Under the pieces are notes generated by a model. It had not been told where the DNA came from, searched no databases, and worked only from the letters and a program-made list of their open reading frames with translations. A stretch of 64,000 nt of DNA from an uncultured Pseudomonadota bacterium (GTDB lineage: Bacteria; Pseudomonadota; Alphaproteobacteria; Rs-D84). The stretch spans positions 2,300 through 66,299 of the forward strand of contig CASFOK010000011.1 in the NCBI GenBank assembly GCA_949296475.1. Reading direction: 5' to 3'. Below, piece after piece: positions 36,057 through 45,598 of the stretch (position 1 is its first letter; each line of letters starts with the position of its first letter). The translations under genes were made by a program, and so were the position numbers.

Positions 36057-37400
36057 ATGCCGAAGTTATCAGAAAATCTTATAAAAGAAATTTCTGCCAA
36101 TCGTCAAGAACCAGATTGGTTATTAAAATGGCGTCTTGATGCTTTTAACAACTGGAAGAAAATGCACGAGCCTCATTGGGCAGAAATAGAATACGATAAA
36201 ATAAATTACGATAATTTAAATTATTACAACGAAGTGCAACCGATTGATAACTCTGATTTACAACAAACGTATGAAAAAATGGGGTTACCAGAAAGCGAAC
36301 AAAGGGCGCTGCTGGGAATGGCAACTGATACCGTAATAGACAGTAAATCCGTTCATACCTCGTACAGCGCAGAATTAGAGAAATTAGGAATCATATTTCT
36401 TCCTTTTTCCGAAGCGGTCAAAAAATATCCTGAATTAGTGAAAAAATATCTTGGGACGGTTGTACCATCTACGGATAATTTTTTTGCAGCCTTGAACGCC
36501 GCGGTATTTTCTGATGGAACGTTTGTTTATATTCCGCCAAAAGTTAAATGCCCAATAGACCTTGCCAGTTATTTCAGAATAGAAACAGCCAAGATAGGTC
36601 AATTTGAAAGAACATTAATAATTGCCGACAAAGGTTCAACATTAAGTTATATGGAAGGTTGCAGCGCGCCCCGTCGTCCGAATCATCAATTACATAGCGG
36701 CGTCGTAGAAATAATCGTACAAGATAACGCGACGGTAAAATATGCAACCGTTCAAAATTGGTATGCGGGGAAAACAAGCACATACAGCGAATCAGAAAAA
36801 CCAAAATCTGTCGGCGGAATACTTAATTTTGTAACTAAACGTGGTCGCTGCGGAAAAAAGGCGCGTCTTGATTGGACACAGGTTGAAATAGGTTCTGCAA
36901 TGACCTGGAAATACCCTTCTACTATATTGGCGGGCGACGATTCACAAAGCGATTTTTATTCGTTAACTATAACCAGCGGTGCCCAACAAGCGGACACAGG
37001 CACAAAGATGATACACATTGGCAACAATACCGTATCAAACATATTGTCTTATGGTGTTGCCATGGATTATTCCAGACAAACTTTTCGCAGTCTTGTCAGT
37101 TTTAGCGGGGAACACGGTAAAAACGCTTCAAAATGCGACACTAAAATCATAGGAACAAACGCTGTTGCAAATACTCTTCCTACAATCATTCATTCAAACG
37201 GTTTAAACAGTCAAAGCCACGAGGCAAGTACCGGTGCAATAGATGCGACCCAGTTATTATACTTGATGCAATCGGGAATATCAGAAGATATGGCAACCGC
37301 ATTAATAATCGGCGCTGTTGCATCCCCAATTATTGCTAGGTTACCAATGGAGTTTTTGGTTGAATCAAAACAACTCATTCAAATGGCAATATCAAAATAA
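36057..37400 (+). CDS. sufB: Fe-S cluster assembly protein SufB
   Basis: SufB/SufD beta-helix family. Matches include FLPFSEAVKKYPELVKKYLG, EGCSAP, and the position upstream of sufC. Confidence 0.88.
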   Translation: MPKLSENLIKEISANRQEPDWLLKWRLDAFNNWKKMHEPHWAEIEYDKINYDNLNYYNEVQPIDNSDLQQTYEKMGLPESEQRALLGMATDTVIDSKSVHTSYSAELEKLGIIFLPFSEAVKKYPELVKKYLGTVVPSTDNFFAALNAAVFSDGTFVYIPPKVKCPIDLASYFRIETAKIGQFERTLIIADKGSTLSYMEGCSAPRRPNHQLHSGVVEIIVQDNATVKYATVQNWYAGKTSTYSESEKPKSVGGILNFVTKRGRCGKKARLDWTQVEIGSAMTWKYPSTILAGDDSQSDFYSLTITSGAQQADTGTKMIHIGNNTVSNILSYGVAMDYSRQTFRSLVSFSGEHGKNASKCDTKIIGTNAVANTLPTIIHSNGLNSQSHEASTGAIDATQLLYLMQSGISEDMATALIIGAVASPIIARLPMEFLVESKQLIQMAISK

Positions 37401-37412
37401 CAGGATAAAAAT

Positions 37413-38090
37413 ATGCTAGAAATACAAAATCTTTCTGTATCTTTTAACGGTAAAGGATTATTGTCCGATATAAATATAAATATTGAAACAGGCGCCAGAC
37501 ATTTATTATCTGGTCATAATGGTTCTGGCAAATCAACGCTTGTAAACACAATCGCCGGCGCGCCAGATTATAAAATAGACGCGGGGAAAATAATCTTTGA
37601 CGGACGTGACATTACAAACGAAAGCCCGACATCACGTGCATTATTTGGGATATTCTTAGGCGGACAAAACGTTCCGGAAATTCCGGGTTTAACGGTGCTA
37701 AGTTTTTTAAAACACTCTCTTTCAGCGCATACGCATTTTAATACAGGCAAAGAACTTTCTATGGGTCAGTTTTTAACGCGAATAGAAGAAATACGTAACA
37801 AATTGGACATACCACGAGATTGGTTAAACCGCAGTATAAACGTAGGTTTTTCTGGCGGAGAGAGGAAAAAATTGATGTTATTAAGACTGTTATTAATTTC
37901 ACCAAAGTTTGCCATATTGGACGAACCAGATTCCGGCGCAGACCACCAAGTACAAAATCAAATTGTAGATGTTATGCATTCCATGACAGATACAACATTT
38001 TTATTTATCAGTCATCAACAACACTTTACCGACCTGGTAGAGCCCACACATATAACTACTTTATCCGACGGTAAAGTTATGATAAAATAA
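37413..38090 (+). CDS. sufC: Fe-S cluster assembly ATPase SufC
   Basis: Walker A GHNGSGKSTL, signature FSGGERKK, Walker B AILDEPDSGAD. Confidence 0.88.
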   Translation: MLEIQNLSVSFNGKGLLSDININIETGARHLLSGHNGSGKSTLVNTIAGAPDYKIDAGKIIFDGRDITNESPTSRALFGIFLGGQNVPEIPGLTVLSFLKHSLSAHTHFNTGKELSMGQFLTRIEEIRNKLDIPRDWLNRSINVGFSGGERKKLMLLRLLLISPKFAILDEPDSGADHQVQNQIVDVMHSMTDTTFLFISHQQHFTDLVEPTHITTLSDGKVMIK

Positions 38091-38114
38091 AACATAACAA
38101 CGAAAGGATAAAAA

Positions 38115-39008
38115 ATGGCAGAAAAAAAATCTATGACTATGCTGAATTGGATTTTATGGAAACCGCTTAAATTTGGACTTTTATCATTTTGCTTGATGAT
38201 ACTGTCTCGTTTTCTATATACATTCTTATCATCAATGATTTATATTCCTCAGTGGGTATTGCCAAGTTTAATACTTTTATCGTTTATAATAAGTGCTTTT
38301 TATATGTTAAAACATATGCCTACAGAAAATTTAGATAGACATAGTTTTATAGCATTAAATAATTTGCAAATATTTATATTGTCTTTTGCCTTTATAATAT
38401 CCACATTGATAATCATTAATTCAATAAGTTATCAGATGATGATGTTAAACACGCATTTTAACGCATCATTTTTACTTTTAATGTTATTAATTGGCATTGT
38501 ATATATGTATCTTTGCGGATTATTGCTTTCAAATATTTATGCAAAATATAAACGCTGCTGTGCGTTGGGTATAAAGCCATGGAAAATCATAGCAAGTATG
38601 CCATTTGGATTTGGCATGCTGTGGATACCTGGATATATTTTACCAGAAGACAAAAAACAAAAAACAGTGTTGCCCATTAAATATCAATGGTATGATAAAT
38701 TTACACATTGGGTAACAAAAGACATGATAAATTCCGCCTTTGTTTTCACTGTATGTGTTGCGTTATCAAGTTTGTTCTTCGGATTAAAACTAGTGTTACT
38801 TACTTATTGCTTGGCAATCGTATTTGCCATATGGGTTGCCAGCATAGGTATGAAAAAATTTAAAAATTTAATGAACAATAAATACGTTAACTTCGCAATT
38901 ATACTAAACGTAATTGTAATTATTTTATTAATTGCTTTTACAACATATTCGGCTGTTAATTCGCCGGACATATTAAACATAAGTATTAATGAAATTGCAA
39001 TGTTATAA
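38115..39008 (+). CDS. Polytopic membrane protein, unknown function (297 aa)
   Basis: At least 7 hydrophobic helices. Very Ile/Leu/Phe/Asn-rich and AT-rich. No recognisable motif. Confidence 0.5.
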   Translation: MAEKKSMTMLNWILWKPLKFGLLSFCLMILSRFLYTFLSSMIYIPQWVLPSLILLSFIISAFYMLKHMPTENLDRHSFIALNNLQIFILSFAFIISTLIIINSISYQMMMLNTHFNASFLLLMLLIGIVYMYLCGLLLSNIYAKYKRCCALGIKPWKIIASMPFGFGMLWIPGYILPEDKKQKTVLPIKYQWYDKFTHWVTKDMINSAFVFTVCVALSSLFFGLKLVLLTYCLAIVFAIWVASIGMKKFKNLMNNKYVNFAIILNVIVIILLIAFTTYSAVNSPDILNISINEIAML

Positions 39009-39060
39009 TAAACACATAAAATATCGCTATGTACATGAATACAAGCCATAGGAGAGATTT

Positions 39061-40110
39061 ATGAATGGATTAATTTTATTTGTTGCGATAATATTTTTCT
39101 TATGGCTTGGTCGTTCTATTTTAATACCTATATTAGTTGCTGCTTTTTTATGGTATTTAATAAACGCCATATCTGCATACTGTCGCATTCTGTTTCCTTT
39201 CCACTCCAAAGAATCAGAATCAAAGCATCCAATAACGGCAAAAAGTTTTGATTGGATATCAAATATAATTGCTGCTGCAGTATTGTTTTGTGTCGGGTAT
39301 TTATTCGTTACACAAATACAACCCATGTTCAAAGAATTATCAATGGCATTGCCGGCATTGCAGCATAAACTGATTATATTTGGTAACTATTTATCAAATT
39401 ATTTCGGGTTCAAATTTGATGCCAGTTTGTTACCTAACTTCACACAACTGGCGACCAGCATCGGCGCATCGGCGGCGACGATAGTTACATCTATGGGCAT
39501 GGTTTTAATATATATGTTATTCATGTTCATAGAACAAAGTACGTTTAACAAAAAATTTTCTGCGTTATTTCCGAATAAAAATCAATCAAAAAAAATGCGA
39601 TATATACTAGATAGCATTGACGAAAACATGAAGAAATACCTGTTTATGAAGACTTTATTATCTGGCATAACAGGCGTTTTATCTTATTTTTGGCTTGAAA
39701 TGATAGACGTTCAATTTGCGGGCATCTGGGCATTCATTGTATTCATCACCAGCTATATACCAACAATCGGTGCAATTGTTGCGTGCGGTCTACCTATAAT
39801 GTACACGCTTATTACCGCCCCGTCGTTGCATCAGCCGGTACTAACCGCGCTTGGTCTGATTGGGTTACAGATTTTATTCGGCAATATCTTAGAGCCAAAA
39901 TTTACGGGAAAAACTTTAAACTTATCAACGCTTGCCATATTAATAAACTTAGTTTTTTGGGGTATGATATGGGGCATTGCCGGAATGTTTTTCAGCGTGC
40001 CACTATTAGTTGCGACCTTTATCATAACAGCCCAATTTGATTCAACGCGCTGGATTGCGATATTACTTTCTGCGGACGGAAAAATACCCGACAAACGTGA
40101 AGAAGACTAA
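39061..40110 (+). CDS. AI-2E family transporter (PerM/YhhT, UPF0118)
   Basis: 8-TM layout. Conserved C-terminal ILEPKF.GK.L.LS.L.I....FWG.IWG..GMF.SVPLL. Confidence 0.75.
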   Translation: MNGLILFVAIIFFLWLGRSILIPILVAAFLWYLINAISAYCRILFPFHSKESESKHPITAKSFDWISNIIAAAVLFCVGYLFVTQIQPMFKELSMALPALQHKLIIFGNYLSNYFGFKFDASLLPNFTQLATSIGASAATIVTSMGMVLIYMLFMFIEQSTFNKKFSALFPNKNQSKKMRYILDSIDENMKKYLFMKTLLSGITGVLSYFWLEMIDVQFAGIWAFIVFITSYIPTIGAIVACGLPIMYTLITAPSLHQPVLTALGLIGLQILFGNILEPKFTGKTLNLSTLAILINLVFWGMIWGIAGMFFSVPLLVATFIITAQFDSTRWIAILLSADGKIPDKREED

Positions 40111-40138
40111 GAAAGCGGTATTTTTATACCGCTTTTAT
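40111..40138. terminator. Bidirectional terminator between the AI-2E transporter gene and ruvX
   Basis: AAAGCGGTATttttATACCGCTTT. Confidence 0.65.
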
Positions 40139-40140
40139 AA

Positions 40141-40590
40141 TCATAGTCTTTTTAACATGGAAATTGCATTTTCTAAAATTACGGCTGCAGATTCAGAATC
40201 TAACTTTTGTTTTAACTCATTAACCCTAACTTTTCCCAATTTTTCTTGCGCCGCAACACTTGTTAGGTTTTCTTCTATGAAAACTATTGGTAAATCAGTA
40301 TAACCGGTCAATTCCGCTGCACAATCACGAACCTTTTTTGTTGTTTCTGAATCCGATCCATCAACATACAAAGGCAATCCAAGAACAATTCCCACAACCT
40401 TTTCTTTTTCTGCAATTTCTAATATTTTTTTGGCCAAAGAATCGCCATTTTTTTTAACGTCTATGGCAGGACGCACAAATACAAAATCACGCGTATCATC
40501 TGACACCGCAATTCCCGTTCTTCGCGCCCCCCAGTCAACACCTAAAATGCGTCCTTTTATTGGAAAAGCCTTGAAATCTGGCAAAATCAT
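40141..40590 (-). CDS. ruvX: Holliday-junction resolvase-like / pre-16S rRNA nuclease RuvX (YqgF)
   Basis: ILGVDWGARRTGIAVSD, ...VVGIVLGLPL..DGS.S, ...DE.LTS. Start trimmed to ATG 40590; the remaining 5' part of the ORF is antisense to gatC. Confidence 0.85.
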   Translation of the reverse strand: MILPDFKAFPIKGRILGVDWGARRTGIAVSDDTRDFVFVRPAIDVKKNGDSLAKKILEIAEKEKVVGIVLGLPLYVDGSDSETTKKVRDCAAELTGYTDLPIVFIEENLTSVAAQEKLGKVRVNELKQKLDSESAAVILENAISMLKRL

Positions 40591-40639
40591 TGTATAATTT
40601 CCCTTGTTTAATTTATTTACATATAGAATAGGATTGAAA

Positions 40640-40933
40640 ATGGCTTTTAGCAAGCAACAATTGAACAAATTTGCAGATTTAATAAAGATAGACATTTCAG
40701 AAGACAAACTGGAAGAAATGAATATTGACTCTGTAATTGAGTGGTTAAACAAACTGCAACAAATTGACACAGCTGGCATAGAACCAATGTTAAGTCCAGC
40801 GGAACATAAACTGCCGCAACGCCGTGACGTTGTAACGGACGGGAATATACGCGATTTAGTACTTGCCAATACGCCCGATACCGCAGGTGTATCGCGCGGT
40901 TATTTTGCAGTGCCAAAAGTTATGGACGAATAA
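40640..40933 (+). CDS. gatC: Glu/Asp-tRNA amidotransferase subunit C
   Basis: 97 aa, with the ...L.I...E........I..WL..L..IDT pattern. Start at ATG 40640 (MAFSKQQL...). Confidence 0.85.
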   Translation: MAFSKQQLNKFADLIKIDISEDKLEEMNIDSVIEWLNKLQQIDTAGIEPMLSPAEHKLPQRRDVVTDGNIRDLVLANTPDTAGVSRGYFAVPKVMDE

Positions 40934-40951
40934 ACTATAATAAAAATCAAA

Positions 40952-42427
40952 GTGAAAAAAATGATAGACCTAACTATTACAGAAGCATTAGAAAAATTAA
41001 AATCTGGTGAAATTAGTTCAACGGAACTAACAAAAGCATACCTGAACAGAATTGAACAATACGGTAAAGAACTAAACTGCTATATAACCGTGACGCCAGA
41101 ACGTGCTTTGTCAGACGCAGCAGCATCTGACGCACGTTACGCTGCGGGTAACGCCCTGCCCTTGGACGGTATTCCCATTGGAATGAAAGACCTATTTGCA
41201 ACGCGCGGTATTAAAACAACCGCTGCATCGCGCATGCTGGAAAATTTTATACCTGAATACGAATCAACGATTTCACAAAAATTTATTGATACGGGTACGG
41301 TTTTACTAGGAAAAACCAACCTTGATGAATTTGCAATGGGAACTTTCAGCAAGACAAGTTATTTCGGTGCGCCTGTAAACCCATGGCAACTAGAAAAACG
41401 ATTAACAGCTGGGGGTTCATCAGGCGGGACAACCAGTGCCGTTGCTGCCGGATTGGCCATTGGTGGCACAGGAACGGATACCGGTGGTTCTATACGTTTT
41501 CCATCTGCAATAACTGGGCTGGTTGGTATGAAGCCCACATACGGTTTATGCAGCCGTTGGGGTTGTATCGCATTTGCATCCAGTTTGGACACGCCTGGTC
41601 CAATAGCCAGAACAGTTGATGACGCTGCGCTATTGCTATCTGCTATGGCGGGTCACGACAAAAAAGATTCAACCAGCGCTGATAGCGGATTTAGTGCACA
41701 TACACCACTTCAACCAATTTTAGGAGACGGTAAAAATTTGCGTGTTGGTATAATAAAAGAATTTGCAGACGTTGCAATATCTGCTGATATGAAACGTTTG
41801 TTTAACGCGCGCATAAAAGATTTGCAATCAATTGGTGCCGAAATTATTGAAATCTCTATTCCTAACATATTAGACGCTTTGGCGGCGTATTATATAATCG
41901 CACCGGCAGAAGCATCTTCTAATTTGGCACGTTACGACGGAATGAGATACGGGCTTCGCGTGGAAGGCAAAGATATTTATGATACCTATAAGAAGACCCG
42001 CGCGGCCGGATTTGGTGACGAAGTAAAACGTCGTATGATTATAGGAACGGCTGTATTATCCAGCGAATCGTACGAAGTTTATTTCTTACAAGCCGCACGT
42101 GTACGTCGTATGATATCAAACAGCTTTGAACAAGCGTTTCAAAAATGCGATTTAATATTATGCCCATCAAGCGCCGGCACGGCTATGCCACTGGATTCAG
42201 ACTTAACGCCTTTGGAATACTATGCGTTGGATTTGTTTACGGTTGCGATGAATCTTGCAGGCATCCCTGCATGCAGCGTACCATGCGGCTTGGCAGATAA
42301 CGGTTTACCGCTTGGTATACAAGTTGTTGGGAAACGTTTTGATGACTTAAAAGTTCTGCAACTTGCAAAACACATTGAACAGTTTGCAGGGATTGATAAC
42401 AGACCGACAAAAGTAATGGGGAAATAA
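40952..42427 (+). CDS. gatA: Glu/Asp-tRNA amidotransferase subunit A
   Basis: Amidase signature GGSSGGTTSAVAAGL...GTDTGGSIR.PSA. The start may be GTG 40952 or ATG 40961. Confidence 0.93.
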   Translation: MKKMIDLTITEALEKLKSGEISSTELTKAYLNRIEQYGKELNCYITVTPERALSDAAASDARYAAGNALPLDGIPIGMKDLFATRGIKTTAASRMLENFIPEYESTISQKFIDTGTVLLGKTNLDEFAMGTFSKTSYFGAPVNPWQLEKRLTAGGSSGGTTSAVAAGLAIGGTGTDTGGSIRFPSAITGLVGMKPTYGLCSRWGCIAFASSLDTPGPIARTVDDAALLLSAMAGHDKKDSTSADSGFSAHTPLQPILGDGKNLRVGIIKEFADVAISADMKRLFNARIKDLQSIGAEIIEISIPNILDALAAYYIIAPAEASSNLARYDGMRYGLRVEGKDIYDTYKKTRAAGFGDEVKRRMIIGTAVLSSESYEVYFLQAARVRRMISNSFEQAFQKCDLILCPSSAGTAMPLDSDLTPLEYYALDLFTVAMNLAGIPACSVPCGLADNGLPLGIQVVGKRFDDLKVLQLAKHIEQFAGIDNRPTKVMGK

Positions 42428-42430
42428 AAA

Positions 42431-42506
42431 TGGTGGCTAGAAGTGGAATCGAACCACTGACACAGGGATTTTCAGTCCCTTGCTCTACCAACTGAGCTAT
42501 CTAGCC
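42431..42506 (-). tRNA. tRNA-Phe (GAA), CCA encoded
   Basis: Folded by hand: GGCTAGA TA GCTC AGTTGGTA GAGC A AGGGA CTGAAAA TCCCT GTGTC AGTGG TTCGATT CCACT TCTAGCC A CCA. Confidence 0.93.
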
Positions 42507-42559
42507 AACGCGAAACGAATAATAAAATACTAAAAGAAAAAAAGCAAGGAAAAATAAAA

Positions 42560-44080
42560 ATGTTTACGATAAAAGGCAAAACAACAGATTGGGAATTAGT
42601 CATAGGCTTAGAAACGCATATAGAGGTTCTGTCTAATAGCAAACTTTTTAGTGGTGCATCTGCTGACTATAATCCAACTGTTGCCCCAAACACACAGGTA
42701 TCTATGATAGACGTTGCGATGCCTGGGATGTTGCCCGTTTTGAACGAATTTTGCGTTGAACAAGCAATTCGTATGGGGCTGGGCTTAAATGCAAAAATAT
42801 CCAGGAAAAGCAAATTTGCCCGTAAACAGTATTTTTATCCTGACCTGCCCCAAGGGTATCAAATTTCACAACCTGCCGAAGAACCGCCAATTGTTGGTCG
42901 TGGCTGGATTGAAATTCTGGGTGACGATGGTAAACCTAAAAAGATTTTAATTGAACGTGCACATTTGGAACAAGATGCGGGAAAATTAAAACATGACGTA
43001 CATCCGACCAAGTCATTTGCGGATTATAACAGAACGGGTGTCGCGTTATTAGAAATCGTTACTTTTTTGGATACAAAAAATCCAGAAAATAATTCTTATA
43101 TAACATCGCCCGATGAAGCGGAACGATATCTGCGTGAAATTCGCGAAATTGCGCGCGCACTTGGCGTATCAAAAGCAAATATGGAAGAAGGATCCATGCG
43201 CGCGGACGTAAACGTATCTGTCAGACCAGTTGGTTCTAAAGAATTCCGGACGCGCACAGAAACTAAAAATATGGTTTCATTCAAATTCATTAAATCTGCC
43301 ATTGAATACGAAGCACGTCGCCAGATAGAAATATATGAAAACGGCGGCACGGTATCTCAGGACACGATGAGATATAATCAATCAGAGGGAACAACGTCTG
43401 TAATGCGTAGTAAAGAAGACGCCTTGGATTATCGCTATTTTCCAGACCCAGATTTATTACCTTTGGAAATCAGCGAAGAAACAATTGAACGTATAAGAAA
43501 AACTATGCCAGAGCTTCCCGCTGCAACACGTGCACGTTACATAAACATGGGTTTAAATGAATATGATGCTGCACGTCTAACGGAAACAACAGATATATCC
43601 AAATGGTTTGACGCGGCAGTTGGCGACAAACCTGCGCGTGCAAAATCTATTGCGAACTGGATGATAAGTGAACTGTTCGCACACCCAGAAAACTGGGATG
43701 CAAAAAACGCTGTGGATACAGCAGACAGTGGCATAGCGCGAATTATTACACCTGCAAATTTGGCAGAATTAGTTGATATGATTTCTGCAAACGAGGTTAA
43801 TGGTAAACAAGCAAAAGAAATATTTATAAAAATGCTAGACGGCGAATTAGGCACACCAAAAGAAATTGCAGATAAATTTGGCATGAAACAAATTACAGAT
43901 ACAGGTGCAATTGAAAAGGTCATAGATGAAATAATTTCCGCCAATGCTGCCCAGGTTGAACAATACAAATCCGGTAAAGTCGGACTGCTGGGGTTCTTTG
44001 TTGGTGCAGTTATGAAAGCAACCGCTGGAAAAGCGAACCCCGCCGTTGTAAATGAAATATTAAAGAAAAAATTATCTTAA
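42560..44080 (+). CDS. gatB: Glu/Asp-tRNA amidotransferase subunit B
   Basis: WELVIGLETHIEV, QYFYPDLPQGYQISQ, EQDAGK, and a C-terminal GatB/YqeY domain. Confidence 0.95.
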   Translation: MFTIKGKTTDWELVIGLETHIEVLSNSKLFSGASADYNPTVAPNTQVSMIDVAMPGMLPVLNEFCVEQAIRMGLGLNAKISRKSKFARKQYFYPDLPQGYQISQPAEEPPIVGRGWIEILGDDGKPKKILIERAHLEQDAGKLKHDVHPTKSFADYNRTGVALLEIVTFLDTKNPENNSYITSPDEAERYLREIREIARALGVSKANMEEGSMRADVNVSVRPVGSKEFRTRTETKNMVSFKFIKSAIEYEARRQIEIYENGGTVSQDTMRYNQSEGTTSVMRSKEDALDYRYFPDPDLLPLEISEETIERIRKTMPELPAATRARYINMGLNEYDAARLTETTDISKWFDAAVGDKPARAKSIANWMISELFAHPENWDAKNAVDTADSGIARIITPANLAELVDMISANEVNGKQAKEIFIKMLDGELGTPKEIADKFGMKQITDTGAIEKVIDEIISANAAQVEQYKSGKVGLLGFFVGAVMKATAGKANPAVVNEILKKKLS

Positions 44081-44094
44081 TATAGGAGACAAAT

Positions 44095-44283
44095 ATGAGT
44101 GGTATCTCAGAAATATATAGATTTATATTAGCTCTTTCAAAATGCTTTTCCTATGACAAGAACCCTTTTCTTCCTAAATTTCCATCCAGAGACATTAAAC
44201 AATCAAACGCACAAAAGCATTTCTACAAAGAACAAGACATAAAACGCAAGTTTATAAGATATCAAAGAACACAAAGTAAATAA
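44095..44283 (+). CDS. Small basic hypothetical protein (62 aa)
   Basis: TAGGAGAC SD 6 nt before the ATG. It fills the gatB-miaB gap exactly. No recognisable motif, so it may be non-coding. Confidence 0.25.
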   Translation: MSGISEIYRFILALSKCFSYDKNPFLPKFPSRDIKQSNAQKHFYKEQDIKRKFIRYQRTQSK

Positions 44284-44287
44284 GACC

Positions 44288-45598
44288 ATGAAAAAAAAAT
44301 TCTTCATTCATACTTTTGGTTGCCAAATGAACGTTTATGACGGTCAAAGAATTGCGACAATGTTAAACAAGCACGGATTTGAACAAACAGACATTTTAAC
44401 CGATGCGGACATAATAATTTTAAATACGTGCGCAGTTCGCGAAAAAGCAACAAATAAAGTGTTTTCTGCTCTTGGTCGCATAAGACAGGCAAAAAAGCCC
44501 TCTGCCCTGTTCGGCATAGTGGGCTGTGTTGCCCGTGAAACTGGCGGCACCGCTTTTAAAAGAATTCCCGATTTAAATTTCGTTTTAGGACCGCAAAGTT
44601 ATCATAAACTGCCTGAAATATTAAAAAATCCTGATACAAAATTATTAAATATTGATTTAACGGGACTTGAAAAATTTGATGAACTTCCACAGATGGAAAA
44701 GTCCCCTGCTGTCGCATATATACCTATTCAAGAAGGTTGTAACCATTGTTGTACGTATTGTATTGTACCCTATACTCGTGGGCGCGAATTATCCAGACCT
44801 TTTGAAGATATAATCAAAGACACAATTCATGCCGCCAATACTGGCGCCCTAGAGATTTGCTTCCTAGGTCAAAATGTTAATGGATATAAATATACAGATG
44901 AAACAACAGGTAAAATTTACAGGTTATCTGATTTGATCAAAGAAACCGCAAAACTGGAATCTATTAAACGTATTCGTTTTACATCCAGTTATCCGACAGA
45001 AATGACCGATGACCTGATAGATATATTTAAAACAGAACCTAAACTTTTACCTTTTTTAAACATGCCTATACAAAGCGGTTCACAAAATGTATTGACAAAG
45101 ATGAATCGTCCTTACAGTCTAGATCTATATATAGATATAGTTGACAAATTAAAATCGGCGCGTCCTGACATTCAAATATCCAGCGATTTCATTGTCGGAT
45201 TTCCTGGCGAAACAGACCAAGATTTTGAACAAACAATGGAAATCGCCCGCAAAATAAAGTATATCAATTCTTATTCGTTTAAATATTCGCCACGTCCACA
45301 CACCGCCGCGGCACTTATGAAAGATCAAATTCCAGAAGCGATCAAAGCAGCGCGTTTGGCGAAACTAGATTCTTATTTAAACGAACTACAACGTGCGTTC
45401 AACGAATCCTGCGTCGGCAAAACAATGGAATGTTTATGCGAAGGACCGGATAAAACAGGCAATCATATCGTATATCGGACGCCTTATATGCAACAATGTA
45501 TCGTAGATGCACCAAAAGATATGCCCGTTAAACAATTGGTAAAAATACGCATTACAGATGCGAACAAGGCATCTTTACGTGGTGAAGTCATAAACTAA
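44288..45598 (+). CDS. miaB: tRNA-i6A37 methylthiotransferase MiaB
   Basis: UPF0004 N-domain FGCQMNVYD. Radical-SAM motif CNHCCTYCIVPYTRG. C-terminal TRAM domain. Confidence 0.92.
   Translation: MKKKFFIHTFGCQMNVYDGQRIATMLNKHGFEQTDILTDADIIILNTCAVREKATNKVFSALGRIRQAKKPSALFGIVGCVARETGGTAFKRIPDLNFVLGPQSYHKLPEILKNPDTKLLNIDLTGLEKFDELPQMEKSPAVAYIPIQEGCNHCCTYCIVPYTRGRELSRPFEDIIKDTIHAANTGALEICFLGQNVNGYKYTDETTGKIYRLSDLIKETAKLESIKRIRFTSSYPTEMTDDLIDIFKTEPKLLPFLNMPIQSGSQNVLTKMNRPYSLDLYIDIVDKLKSARPDIQISSDFIVGFPGETDQDFEQTMEIARKIKYINSYSFKYSPRPHTAAALMKDQIPEAIKAARLAKLDSYLNELQRAFNESCVGKTMECLCEGPDKTGNHIVYRTPYMQQCIVDAPKDMPVKQLVKIRITDANKASLRGEVIN

Noticed and set aside
40591-40869. Long form of ruvX (242 aa)
   Set aside because: The extension is antisense to gatC. 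RuvX/YqgF proteins are ~140-160 aa, and the conserved ILGVDWG motif follows the internal Met.
43537-43968. 143-aa minus-strand ORF
   Set aside because: It is antisense to gatB.
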